Source of the DNA: a virus
DNA: 64,000 bases
Direction: 5' to 3' (one strand)
IMG/VR virus record: IMGVR_UViG_3300025288_000012
Coordinates: 96,001 to 160,000 of that record
In this document: positions 1-8,638 of the stretch, in pieces
Layout of the letters: the number at the start of each line of letters is the position of its first letter
Numbering within the stretch: position 1 is the first letter of the stretch
Translations under genes and position numbers: made by a program
Notes under the pieces: model-generated
The model's database searches: none
The model's input: only the letters and a program-made list of their open reading frames with translations
Told to the model about the DNA's origin: nothing

Positions 1-2
1 CT

Positions 3-731
3 CACCCAACTCTGGCGAGGCTGAAAAAAGCCTCTAACATTAAGAAGGTAATGAGTAGCGTTTCTGCCTCACTTGCAGAACTTGAAGTAACGCTCTCCAA
101 GACACGAAAGTCGCTTGCCTCAGCTTCAATGAAGCTCGACAACTACACTAATACTCAACGTGCACTCGCACTACACGTAGAAGACCTAGAGTCAACGAAC
201 GCCTCTATACAGAAGCTAAGCCATTCAGTTTACTCCAAGCGCCTTCTGGAGCTGCTACTAAAAGCGTATGGCGCAAAAGGTCTTCGCACCATAGTCGCAA
301 ACGAAATATGCGGACTTATCGAAGCAGGCATGAACCACTACCGAGGCTTGGTTTTCGCTGAGCCTTTTGTGTTCAGCGTTCGTGCCTCAGAGCAAGGGCT
401 TTCCATAATAGTGGATCGAGGTAACGGTAAAGTTTCAGACGTTAGGTCATTAAGTGGTGCCGAATCGAACTTCTTCCGCATGTTGTTTGTACTGTCAGTG
501 TTACCACTTCTGCCTTCGGATAGGCGCACTAATTTCCTAATCCTAGATGAACCGACTTCCCATGCCGACGAAGTGTCGCGGGAGATATTCAAGGAACGTT
601 TCCTACCAGCAATACAGCAGATAGTACCACATACTTTTGTCATTAGCCCTCATGAAGCCGATTACATAGAAGGCAGCAGAGAATGGTTAGTGAAGAAGCA
701 TAATGGTATTTCTGAACTTATTGTTGTCTGA
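3..731 (+). CDS. SbcC/Rad50/T4 gp46-like ABC ATPase (recombination exonuclease subunit), C-terminal part; truncated by the window start
   Basis: The frame is open back to the window edge. A coiled coil is followed by the ABC signature LSGAE, Walker B/D-loop FLILDEPTSHAD and the His switch ISPH. Confidence 0.85.
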   Translation, partial: HPTLARLKKASNIKKVMSSVSASLAELEVTLSKTRKSLASASMKLDNYTNTQRALALHVEDLESTNASIQKLSHSVYSKRLLELLLKAYGAKGLRTIVANEICGLIEAGMNHYRGLVFAEPFVFSVRASEQGLSIIVDRGNGKVSDVRSLSGAESNFFRMLFVLSVLPLLPSDRRTNFLILDEPTSHADEVSREIFKERFLPAIQQIVPHTFVISPHEADYIEGSREWLVKKHNGISELIVV

Positions 732-773
732 CTTTAAATGTAAAAGATAGTATCAAACAAGTTGGAGTTTCAA

Positions 774-1616
774 ATGCGGTGCTTTGGTGTTTCTAATCAC
801 TCCCCGGAAACTGTTCTGGACTTCCTAGTGTCTAAAGGCTCAATAGACGCAGCTTCAGCAGTTTCCGTAGTCCCAGTTGGGAAACGCTTGTTGGAGAAGC
901 CTCCGAAGCGTAAAGTTCTCTTCATAGTGCAAATAGCAGACCTATTCAGGAATCTTGCGGTCCTTAACGGTGCTAACTACACTAACGCTGAAGTTTTCGT
1001 GTTTGCCTCACCACTCCGCATAAATGAACTTACTGGGTGTACACCTCTAGATACTACACCGAGCGCAGCATCCAAAGGTGTAGGCTTCAATTTGTTGCAC
1101 TCGCTCCAACTGGCTAAGTATAGAGCTGCCCAGAAGAAGCCACCGTGCCCAACTGCGAGAGCCACTACTAAATACTTGATCATCCTTACAGATAACGTCA
1201 AGCATGGTTCACTTTTGACCCCCCTAATGACGTTCATCTACACCTTGCCAAAGTCTACGCACCAGACACCAGTTAAGGAGGCAGTTGCTAGATACTTCTA
1301 CGGTAGTAGCCTTACGTCCGTGGAATCATTTCTGGCAACACTTCTGTCTGAAAACAACTTGACTAAGATCAGAGATATTCTGACTTCAGAAATAGCTGAG
1401 TCATACCGTGCTGCCATGAAGTCCATTAAGACCGGCGAATGCACACTTCCCTCAGCCTGCACCAAATTCAGTGTAAGTGACTACGAAATAAAGTATTTGC
1501 AGTCCATAGTAATATCAATGAAAGGACGAAAGCACTTACGGGGCAAGTCACTTCTAACAATCCAGAAATCGGGGTTGCGTCCAAGTTCCGCCTTAACGAA
1601 AAAAGCAGGAGCCTAG
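774..1616 (+). CDS. hypothetical protein
   Basis: Long ORF. GGAG RBS favours ATG 774 over TTG 762. No motif recognised. Confidence 0.7.
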   Translation: MRCFGVSNHSPETVLDFLVSKGSIDAASAVSVVPVGKRLLEKPPKRKVLFIVQIADLFRNLAVLNGANYTNAEVFVFASPLRINELTGCTPLDTTPSAASKGVGFNLLHSLQLAKYRAAQKKPPCPTARATTKYLIILTDNVKHGSLLTPLMTFIYTLPKSTHQTPVKEAVARYFYGSSLTSVESFLATLLSENNLTKIRDILTSEIAESYRAAMKSIKTGECTLPSACTKFSVSDYEIKYLQSIVISMKGRKHLRGKSLLTIQKSGLRPSSALTKKAGA

Positions 1617-1617
1617 A

Positions 1618-1959
1618 ATGAGTTCTATAAAACTATACCTAGACAAAACTGCGGCCGTTAGTGCACGTTCTAAAGTTGAAAACGTAGCTGACGACCTTAA
1701 GCTACATTCGTTGAATACTTTTCTTGATGCTCTAAAGGAAGGTCTTGATGACTCAGAGTCAGCGTGTCCTGCAGCAACTGCACAATTCGATTCTATGATT
1801 AACTCTATGTTCTCCGCCATAGCCCGCAAGATCAGGGAGTCTGACTCTAGTGGAAGGCTGTTCTCAATCGACATATCTTCCACTACTGACCCCAGCTCTA
1901 ACAAGCTGACCTGGACATTCGATTTCCACGCTGACCTTCGCAAAGTTCCAAACCCGTAA
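1618..1959 (+). CDS. hypothetical protein
   Basis: 113-aa ORF abutting the upstream stop and preceded by AGGAG. Confidence 0.7.
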   Translation: MSSIKLYLDKTAAVSARSKVENVADDLKLHSLNTFLDALKEGLDDSESACPAATAQFDSMINSMFSAIARKIRESDSSGRLFSIDISSTTDPSSNKLTWTFDFHADLRKVPNP

Positions 1960-2033
1960 AAAATAAATTTTACAAACACCTCGGTTTTGTGTACAATGAC
2001 ATTGAGGGATTGTATATCTCTAGTTACGGGTTG
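1960..2033 (+). promoter_or_regulatory. sigma70-like early promoter with UP element and conserved 32-nt leader (copy 1)
   Basis: AAAATAAATT, then TTTACA (1969-1974), 17 bp, TACAAT (1992-1997). Leader 2002-2033 is 30/32 identical to 4810-4841. Confidence 0.75.
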
Positions 2034-2074
2034 ACAATTTATCCATCCTCAATTTTATCGAAGGAAGAAATACC

Positions 2075-2518
2075 ATGATGACCATCGCCGCAGCCGCTGC
2101 TGAGTACGAGTACAACATTTGCAAAATCTTCGTAGTGACCGGGCTTGCACACCCAGTCTTTTTCGAGACTATCGAACCTAGGGTAACCGCACTGGTCAAC
2201 CTTATTTCTGACCCTGCAGTTGATTACCGTACCGTTTCTTATGAGGAACGGGCGTCGATGGGTTACGACAGCGACGAGTCGTGGGCATTGGAAGTGTTGC
2301 ACACTGGTGACCATTTCTCTGCTCCTCTGTACTATATGTGCTGTATGGATAGGGCAGTATTAGAGAAGCTGGCCTTGGAAATTTCAAGGATGCTGCCTTC
2401 GTATTCACTGCGACTGTGCCGTTGGGCTAGGTTCCGCTGGATTATGGTTAACCAGAAGATCACACGGGACTTCCCTCTAGTACCGTATTCAGACAAGCCT
2501 GAGGCTGAGTGGGTTTAA
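2075..2518 (+). CDS. hypothetical early protein
   Basis: 147-aa ORF with AAGGAAG RBS, between a promoter and a terminator. Confidence 0.7.
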   Translation: MMTIAAAAAEYEYNICKIFVVTGLAHPVFFETIEPRVTALVNLISDPAVDYRTVSYEERASMGYDSDESWALEVLHTGDHFSAPLYYMCCMDRAVLEKLALEISRMLPSYSLRLCRWARFRWIMVNQKITRDFPLVPYSDKPEAEWV

Positions 2519-2527
2519 GTCTTGTCT

Positions 2528-2558
2528 GGGTCTAGCTGTAAGAGCTAGACCCTTTATT
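2528..2558 (+). terminator. intrinsic terminator
   Basis: GGGTCTAGCT-gtaag-AGCTAGACCC followed by TTTATT. Confidence 0.7.
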
Positions 2559-2585
2559 CTTCCTTCACTTGTTAAGGAGCTCCAA

Positions 2586-4145
2586 ATGGCATTCGTCAAA
2601 ATCCCCCGATCGTACTTCGCTAAAGCAAAACTTGAATACTCCGACTGGCGCTTCGCCTGGTTTCGTGAGGTTGTTCAGAACTCAGTTGACGCAGGCTGCT
2701 CGACCATCAGGTTTACAACTAGGGTGTTTCCTGAAGGCAACCTTTGTGTGTCTGCTACCGACGATGGCACTGGAATGTCCGAGGACATCATAGTAAACGT
2801 GTTGCTGGCCTTGGGTGAGTCTGCCAAATCTGGTGAGGACCCAGTTGGTGGGTTCGGCATGGCAAAGAACTTGATTTTACTCGCCCATGAAAGCTGGAGT
2901 GTAATTTCGGGCAGTACCAAAGTGTCCGGTGTGGGTGGAAACTATGAGGTTGACAGCCTTCCCAACTACCAACTTGGTACCCGGATAACCGTTACACTGG
3001 ACGCGGCTGATAGCTCTCCCGTAGAGTTTGAAAATGCGTTACTGCGTCTGGTTAGAAACTCCAACTGTCCTACCGTGGCTATTTACCTGAACGATGTTCT
3101 TCTGGAACGCAACCAGGTTGAATTCGACTACGAAAAATCTTTCCCGCAAGGCTTGCTCTCTTTCTCCGATTCCACTTCTGACGTTCACTCCTTATGGGTT
3201 CGCGTTAATGGAATCCCTATGTTCGAGTACAGGCTGTGGAGCAAGTCCTCAAAGGCGTTCAGAGCAGTGCTTGAGCTTAAGGACAGCCGTTCCGTACTTA
3301 ACGTAAACCGCGATGGTCTTAAGTCTGATGCACAGCGTGACCTTAACGAGCTGATTCACAGCCTGTCTGAAGACTTGTCTACGCTTAAGCGTGCAACGCT
3401 GCAGTTCAAGTTCGTCGTAAACCCGAACCCGAACCCGCAGTTCAAGACAATCTACTCTGACCGTAAGTCACTGGCAGTTGACGATGCCTTTTCAGATGAA
3501 GCAGAACGTACTGCCTCAACACTAGACAAGCTCAATGAGAAGCTCGGTAAGACTATGGCCGATGCTGCGTATCCACTAGATTTTCAGGTTCAAGTTCACA
3601 GTATCTCACTTCGTAAGTCTCGAAAGGACACTGAAAGCATTTCACTTAGGACCATCAAGTCCATAATGGTCAATTCCATGACCAAGAAGCTCGCCCATAC
3701 GTGGATGGTCGCCTGCAAATCGCTTTTGTCGCTACCCAGATTCACCGACTCCGAGCTGGTTGTGTTCGAGAGTAACGCACAACCCGTATGTGTTTCTAGT
3801 CTCGGTTTCGACCCTACGACTGAATTTCACCACAAGGACAAGCTGATAAAGTTTGGTTTCATCTTTGACGCTAACACACAGGCCTGCTGCGTAGAGTACC
3901 CAAACAGCATTCACTTCTTGCTCAACCCCACTATCTTCAACGATGACTTGCCTTGGAAAGGCCGTATGGTTGTTGCAAACCTTATGGATGTTGCCTTTCA
4001 TGAAGTTTCTCATGTGTACGAGCCTAGCCATGGACCGGACTTCTGTTTGGAGGAAATGAAGCTTCGTAGGCAGTACAGGGCAAAGTTCTACGATGGTCAG
4101 ATCTACAATGTTGCCCATAGACTTTTCGTATCCGTAAAGGATTGA
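2586..4145 (+). CDS. GHKL (Hsp90/MutL-like) ATPase with C-terminal HExxH zincin-like motif
   Basis: Bergerat motifs FREVVQNSVDAG, DDGTGM, GGFGMAK and GTRITV. C-terminal AFHEVSHVYEPSHGPDF. Confidence 0.8.
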   Translation: MAFVKIPRSYFAKAKLEYSDWRFAWFREVVQNSVDAGCSTIRFTTRVFPEGNLCVSATDDGTGMSEDIIVNVLLALGESAKSGEDPVGGFGMAKNLILLAHESWSVISGSTKVSGVGGNYEVDSLPNYQLGTRITVTLDAADSSPVEFENALLRLVRNSNCPTVAIYLNDVLLERNQVEFDYEKSFPQGLLSFSDSTSDVHSLWVRVNGIPMFEYRLWSKSSKAFRAVLELKDSRSVLNVNRDGLKSDAQRDLNELIHSLSEDLSTLKRATLQFKFVVNPNPNPQFKTIYSDRKSLAVDDAFSDEAERTASTLDKLNEKLGKTMADAAYPLDFQVQVHSISLRKSRKDTESISLRTIKSIMVNSMTKKLAHTWMVACKSLLSLPRFTDSELVVFESNAQPVCVSSLGFDPTTEFHHKDKLIKFGFIFDANTQACCVEYPNSIHFLLNPTIFNDDLPWKGRMVVANLMDVAFHEVSHVYEPSHGPDFCLEEMKLRRQYRAKFYDGQIYNVAHRLFVSVKD

Positions 4146-4744
4146 CCATGACCCATAAGTTCATAGAACCTGTAACCGCTGGCGTGTACTACGACAACGG
4201 CTGGTCCAAACCAATGGAAGTAGAAAACCTCGTACTTGACGGTATCGTTCTGCAACCTATCGAAAATCGGCACCTGTTCGGTGCTGACGGTACCTGCAAG
4301 GACCCTGAGGTGTTTGTGAAGTGCAGCATAAGGAGACCTTTGAATCGCTTCACCGGAGACAAGCTCACTGACAGTCTCTTGTTCTCCTACAATCCTGATG
4401 CCACTTTGGTCAACACGTTGTCTTACAGTTTGGCTCGTATGCGTTCCACAGTTTGGGCTTATCACTTGGACAAAGTGGAGTCCTTCAATGTGTCACAAGG
4501 TGATCGGAAGTTTGCCCTCCGATTGTTCCATCCCTTCTCAACCAAAATGTTCAACTGGTACGTCGAAAAACTTCTGGATATTCGACACTTGAATTTCTCG
4601 GCACAAAGCTCTGGTCTAGAGTACCTTACGGAGTTGCCTCAATCCATCGACTTGTGGTGGGATGTGGAGAACGACGTGATTCTCACCTTCGATAAGAATT
4701 ATGCTCTGCATCTGACTGATATGCTGAAACGATCAAACCTGTAA
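4142..4744 (+). CDS. hypothetical protein
   Basis: 200-aa ORF overlapping the upstream stop (TTGA). ATG at 4148 is an alternative start. Confidence 0.7.
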   Translation: MTMTHKFIEPVTAGVYYDNGWSKPMEVENLVLDGIVLQPIENRHLFGADGTCKDPEVFVKCSIRRPLNRFTGDKLTDSLLFSYNPDATLVNTLSYSLARMRSTVWAYHLDKVESFNVSQGDRKFALRLFHPFSTKMFNWYVEKLLDIRHLNFSAQSSGLEYLTELPQSIDLWWDVENDVILTFDKNYALHLTDMLKRSNL

Positions 4745-4767
4745 TGAAAATACTCTGCTCTCAAGGC

Positions 4768-4841
4768 AAAATAAATTTGCATGGTCGAAAAAAATCGTGT
4801 ACAATGGAGTTGAGGGATTGTATCTCTCGAGTTACGGGTTG
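4768..4841 (+). promoter_or_regulatory. sigma70-like early promoter with UP element and conserved 32-nt leader (copy 2)
   Basis: AAAATAAAT, then TTGCAT (4777-4782), 17 bp, TACAAT (4800-4805). Leader 4810-4841 matches 2002-2033. Confidence 0.75.
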
Positions 4842-4883
4842 CAAAAGTCCATCGTAGTTCAATTTACCCCAAGGAGTTTCACC

Positions 4884-5372
4884 ATGAAAACCAAGTTCGC
4901 CCTTACCTTCAAAACCAAGTTCACCGCTACCTTCACCGTTACCTCCGACGCCGCTCTGACCGCAGCCGACAAGCGCGCATTCAAACAGTCTCTGACTGAG
5001 AAGTTGGACAAAGTCAAAGTTCGCGGCTTCGATGTACTTCCGGGTGTGGTTCGCCTGGTCGTTCCTGAAGAAGCGGCTCCGGCACGCGCAACCCGCACTC
5101 CTCGTGCTGCACGAGTTCTGGAAGAAGCAGCTCCAGCTCGAAAGGTTCGAGGTGCGAAGGCCGCAGCTGCAGTCGCCCCGACACGTAAGGCCCGCGTAGC
5201 GAAGGAAGAAGTCGCAGCTCACACCCGCAAGGTTCGCGGTGCGAAGGCTGAAGTCGAAGTCGCCCCGGCACGTAAGCCCAAGCTGAAAGCCAAAGCTGTT
5301 GCGGCCAAGCCGAAAGCTCGCAGCGTACGCCCCGCCGTTGAAGACGACGATACCGATTTTGACGACGAGTAA
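4884..5372 (+). CDS. histone H1-like Ala/Lys/Arg-rich protein with short acidic tail
   Basis: AAGGAG RBS before ATG 4884. Repeats such as PARKVRGAKA. Ends EDDDTDFDDE. Confidence 0.7.
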   Translation: MKTKFALTFKTKFTATFTVTSDAALTAADKRAFKQSLTEKLDKVKVRGFDVLPGVVRLVVPEEAAPARATRTPRAARVLEEAAPARKVRGAKAAAAVAPTRKARVAKEEVAAHTRKVRGAKAEVEVAPARKPKLKAKAVAAKPKARSVRPAVEDDDTDFDDE

Positions 5373-5379
5373 CCCAAAC

Positions 5380-5410
5380 GGGTTTGGGAGCTTCGGCTCC
5401 CGCCCTTTTT
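5380..5410 (+). terminator. intrinsic terminator (UUCG loop)
   Basis: GGGAGC-TTCG-GCTCCC stem extended by GGG/CCC and followed by TTTTT. Confidence 0.8.
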
Positions 5411-5434
5411 GACCGAACCTTCACGAGGTTTAGT

Positions 5435-5683
5435 ATGGTAAAGAAAACCACCCCGCCTGAACCCGAAGCTATTCCCGAATTCGTAGTTAAGCTCTCAGGT
5501 TCTAGTCAAATCCGTGTCGCTTTAACTGAATTCAAAGGAGTAGAGTACGTAGACATCCGCAAGTACTACGAAGCAAATGGTGAATGGAAACCAACCCCTA
5601 AAGGCGTTTCTATCCCACTTACAGATTTCAACAAGGTGTATTCCAAACTTCGTCGCATGAAAGCACTTATTGCCGAAGGTTGA
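5435..5683 (+). CDS. PC4/Sub1-family ssDNA-binding protein
   Basis: Signature EFKGVEYVDIRKYYEANGEWKPTPKGVSIP. ATG 5435 is preferred because the longer ORF start lies inside the terminator. Confidence 0.85.
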   Translation: MVKKTTPPEPEAIPEFVVKLSGSSQIRVALTEFKGVEYVDIRKYYEANGEWKPTPKGVSIPLTDFNKVYSKLRRMKALIAEG

Positions 5684-5746
5684 TTTACTGTAAATGTTAT
5701 ACGAGGTTTGACAAACCTACATTCTTTATTAACACTAAGGAGTTTT

Positions 5747-6769
5747 ATGATGGCCGCAGAAGACAATGATACTGGCGTAGTAGGAATCAAGGACGCCCAG
5801 AAGCAACAGCAAGATGCCCTTACAAGCAATGACCGAAACGACACGCCACAACCTATCAAGGTGGCACCCGTCGAGAAGAAACTCCAAGTCGACAACCTGT
5901 TTGACAACACCTTCAGCACCTGCGGTGTGAACGTTATCTTCACTCTCGGTCTAGCCTCCCCGCAGTTCCGTGACGGCTCGACCAAGTCCCTGTCCAAGTG
6001 GACGGTTGGAAGTACCGAGTACAACCTGTACAACCCGTTCCGTAAAGGCAAGCAGACTGAACAGGATGTGCCGTCCGGCATCCTGCGCCATGCTCTTTCG
6101 ACCTGTCTGAAGGCAGTTAGCCTTATCAACAACAGCTCGATCCTTTTCCTGGGCAAACCCAAGGACGTGTACTCGGCACTCAACACTGCGGTGAGTCGTG
6201 TTGCTGAGGTTTGCACCTCCAGTTTGGGCATCAGTCCGAACTTGGTTCTGGGAGCCTTCGCAGAAGAGGACGGTTCAGTTGATGAAAGCACTCAACTTCA
6301 GTTCTCTGACGTTGTTCGAGTAACCTCGTGGTTGTCTATGGACTGGCGTGACGAAATGGCAGGCGAAACACCCGTCATGACTCACGAGGCCATGGTCAAC
6401 TTCTACGTCAACGTAGGTGCACTGTACGACAGTCAGGACAAGCTGAAGATGCTCCGCCAGTTCGAAGCCACCCTGCGGCTCTCCGCTGAAAAACAGTGTG
6501 GACCGAACACGTCCATCTTGTTCGCTGTCAACCTCAGCACAGATGATCTTATCGACGCTGAGATTCGTGACTTGCTGGGTGTTCTCCTCGAGGAAGAAGG
6601 CGAAGGCTTTGAGCTCTTCACCAAACAGAACATGCTTGACAATTTCAGTCAGTTTGACTTCATGCCAAAATCGAAGAAAGGAGTTACCGAAGACCTTTTG
6701 AATCCACGTGCCCCCGCGGGTGACATTCTGTTGGTGAAAGTGCTGAATCCCATCCCGGTTACGGCATAA
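5747..6769 (+). CDS. hypothetical protein
   Basis: AAGGAG RBS before ATG 5747. C-ending codon bias resembles the capsid genes. No motif recognised. Confidence 0.75.
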   Translation: MMAAEDNDTGVVGIKDAQKQQQDALTSNDRNDTPQPIKVAPVEKKLQVDNLFDNTFSTCGVNVIFTLGLASPQFRDGSTKSLSKWTVGSTEYNLYNPFRKGKQTEQDVPSGILRHALSTCLKAVSLINNSSILFLGKPKDVYSALNTAVSRVAEVCTSSLGISPNLVLGAFAEEDGSVDESTQLQFSDVVRVTSWLSMDWRDEMAGETPVMTHEAMVNFYVNVGALYDSQDKLKMLRQFEATLRLSAEKQCGPNTSILFAVNLSTDDLIDAEIRDLLGVLLEEEGEGFELFTKQNMLDNFSQFDFMPKSKKGVTEDLLNPRAPAGDILLVKVLNPIPVTA

Positions 6770-6833
6770 CGCTGTAACTGTAAATACCCATCGTACATCA
6801 AAGTACACAAATCCCCAAACAAGGAGTATCAAA

Positions 6834-7940
6834 ATGGCTCGTGAAACTGCAACTCGTAATCGTCGTCCCTCCGCTGCTGCCTCCGCCAAGCCCGCCCGCC
6901 AAGCCCGTGGTGCAAGGGCCGAAGTCGCCAAGCCCGCCCGCCAGGCACGTGGTGCAAGGGCCGAAGTCGCCAAGCCCGCCCGCCAGGCACGTGGTGCAAA
7001 GGCCGTTCCGGAACGTCAATCTCGTCGGGCTGCTGCTGCCAAACCTGCTCGCGCCGCACGTGGTGCAAAGGCCGAAGTCGCCAAACCTGCTCGCGCCGCA
7101 CGTGGTGCAAAGGCCGTTCCGGAACGTCAATCTCGTCGGGCTGCTGCTGCCAAACCTGCTCGCCAGGCACGTGGTGCAAAGGCCGAAGTTGCCAAACCTG
7201 CTCGCGCCGCACGTGGTGCAAAGAAACAAGTTTCGATGCCTACGTGTAACGTGTTCGCAATGACCACGGTGCAACTCAAAGGTGTTCTGGTCGAGCTCAA
7301 CGAAAGAAACCTCGTGTTGCAGCACAAAGCTCACGAACGTGGATCCAAGATGGTCGTCAGTACCTTTTCCCTGAAGGACGTCCTCAGCATGCGCGGCGGT
7401 CAAGGTGAAACCGTTACGGCGACCGTTCGTCGTATGACCAGTATCGAGTCCGTCACTGGTACCATGGACGAAATGGAATCAGTCGGAGTTGACCTGCTCC
7501 GCTTCACCACAGAAAGCGGTGAAGAGGTGTACGTGAACCAGAACTTCTCGGATAGTGCCAACGTGGACATCCAGATCTTCTCCGAAGACGCTGCCCCGGT
7601 AAAGGGCGGTAAGGCCAAACCTGCCGTCGAGGACGAGGACTCTGACGAAGAGGAAGAGGAAGAGGACGACGAAGAGGAAGAGGAAGAGGAAGAGGAAGAG
7701 GAAGAGGAAGAGGAAGAGGAAGAGGAAGAGGAAGAGGAAGAGGAAGAGGACGACGAGGACTCTGACGAAGAGGAAGAAGAGGACGACGAGGACTCTGACG
7801 ACGAGGAAGAAGAGGACGAGGACGACGAGGAAGAAGAGGACGAGGACTCTGAAGAGTACTCTGACGACGAGGAAGAAGAGGACGAGGAAGAGGAAGAGGA
7901 AGACGACGACGACGACTTCGACGAAGAAGACGAAGACTAA
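6834..7940 (+). CDS. bipolar protein: histone H1-like basic repeats, globular core, ~100-aa Asp/Glu tail
   Basis: Seven AKPARxARGA repeats, a central non-repetitive region and a poly-E/D C-terminus. AAGGAG RBS. Confidence 0.8.
   Translation: MARETATRNRRPSAAASAKPARQARGARAEVAKPARQARGARAEVAKPARQARGAKAVPERQSRRAAAAKPARAARGAKAEVAKPARAARGAKAVPERQSRRAAAAKPARQARGAKAEVAKPARAARGAKKQVSMPTCNVFAMTTVQLKGVLVELNERNLVLQHKAHERGSKMVVSTFSLKDVLSMRGGQGETVTATVRRMTSIESVTGTMDEMESVGVDLLRFTTESGEEVYVNQNFSDSANVDIQIFSEDAAPVKGGKAKPAVEDEDSDEEEEEEDDEEEEEEEEEEEEEEEEEEEEEEEEEEDDEDSDEEEEEDDEDSDDEEEEDEDDEEEEDEDSEEYSDDEEEEDEEEEEEDDDDDFDEEDED
6885..7223 (+). repeat. coding tandem repeats (AKPARxARGA units)
   Basis: Near-identical GCCAA(G/A)CC(C/T)GC..CACGTGGTGCAA units occur seven times. 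Confidence 0.9.
7671..7748 (+). repeat. (GAAGAG)13 pure-purine microsatellite encoding poly-Glu
   Basis: 78 nt of strictly alternating GAA/GAG codons. Confidence 0.9.
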
Positions 7941-7958
7941 CTCGTAGCTTCAACCTAA

Positions 7959-7991
7959 AAAAATGGGTGGGTTTAATGCCCACCCATTTTT
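7959..7991. terminator. intrinsic terminator, possibly bidirectional
   Basis: AAAAATGGGTGGG-tttaatg-CCCACCCATTTTT. Confidence 0.8.
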
Positions 7992-8010
7992 CATTCAAAA
8001 GGAATGTCTC

Positions 8011-8334
8011 ATGGCGAACAAACAAGTAGTAGCTTTGAAGAAACTGGTTCGGAAATTCGAGTCCTTAATCAAAGCAATGGACCTTCATCACCAAAAGGCT
8101 ATCACGACTCTTGAGTCGGCCTTCGATGAAGCCGAAGCAGCTATCAAGGCAGCTGATGAATCGGCAGCCAAACCCGCAGCGGCGAAGCCGCCAGCGCGTG
8201 GTGCAAAGCCAGCGCGTGGTGCCAAGAAGGCAGCAAAGGCTGATGCGAAGCCGGCACGCGGTGACAAGAAGGCAGCGCGTGGTGCAAAGTCAGCGCGTAG
8301 CGACAAGAAATCGGTTCCTGTCAAGGAAGACTAA
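8011..8334 (+). CDS. small protein with helical N-terminus and H1-like KPARGAK tail
   Basis: AAGGA RBS before ATG 8011. Repeats KPARGAK and AARGAK. Confidence 0.75.
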   Translation: MANKQVVALKKLVRKFESLIKAMDLHHQKAITTLESAFDEAEAAIKAADESAAKPAAAKPPARGAKPARGAKKAAKADAKPARGDKKAARGAKSARSDKKSVPVKED

Positions 8335-8346
8335 GCAGTAGGGATC

Positions 8347-8383
8347 AAAAAAGGGAGACAGCTTACGTTGTACTCCCTTTTTT
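8347..8383 (+). terminator. intrinsic terminator
   Basis: AAAAAAGGGAG ... CTCCCTTTTTT inverted repeat. Confidence 0.7.
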
Positions 8384-8400
8384 CGTTTGGGTTTCTAGTT

Positions 8401-8628
8401 ATGCTCTCCTCCGAAGACCTAGTTGCACGTATTGAATGCCGGCTAACATGGTTACGTAGTGCGCACGAATCTAATGTTTCTACTAACCCTAGACATGCCT
8501 CAGAGCTAGAAGTAGGCATACTTCAACTTGAGTCTTTACTTGCGAAGTATAGTAACGAGGCTTCTAGCGCCCAAACCAAAAACGTCGTCTCAGACCTAGC
8601 CAGGCTAGGTATCTCAATCTTATCGTAA
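8401..8628 (+). CDS. hypothetical protein
   Basis: Fills the gap before the topoisomerase gene. RBS is weak. Confidence 0.4.
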   Translation: MLSSEDLVARIECRLTWLRSAHESNVSTNPRHASELEVGILQLESLLAKYSNEASSAQTKNVVSDLARLGISILS

Positions 8629-8638
8629 CCCAACTACT

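Noticed and set aside
4884-4950. MKTKFALTF as a member of the cargo-motif family
   Set aside because: It is only a partial match, and the gene is under an early sigma70-like promoter far from the array.
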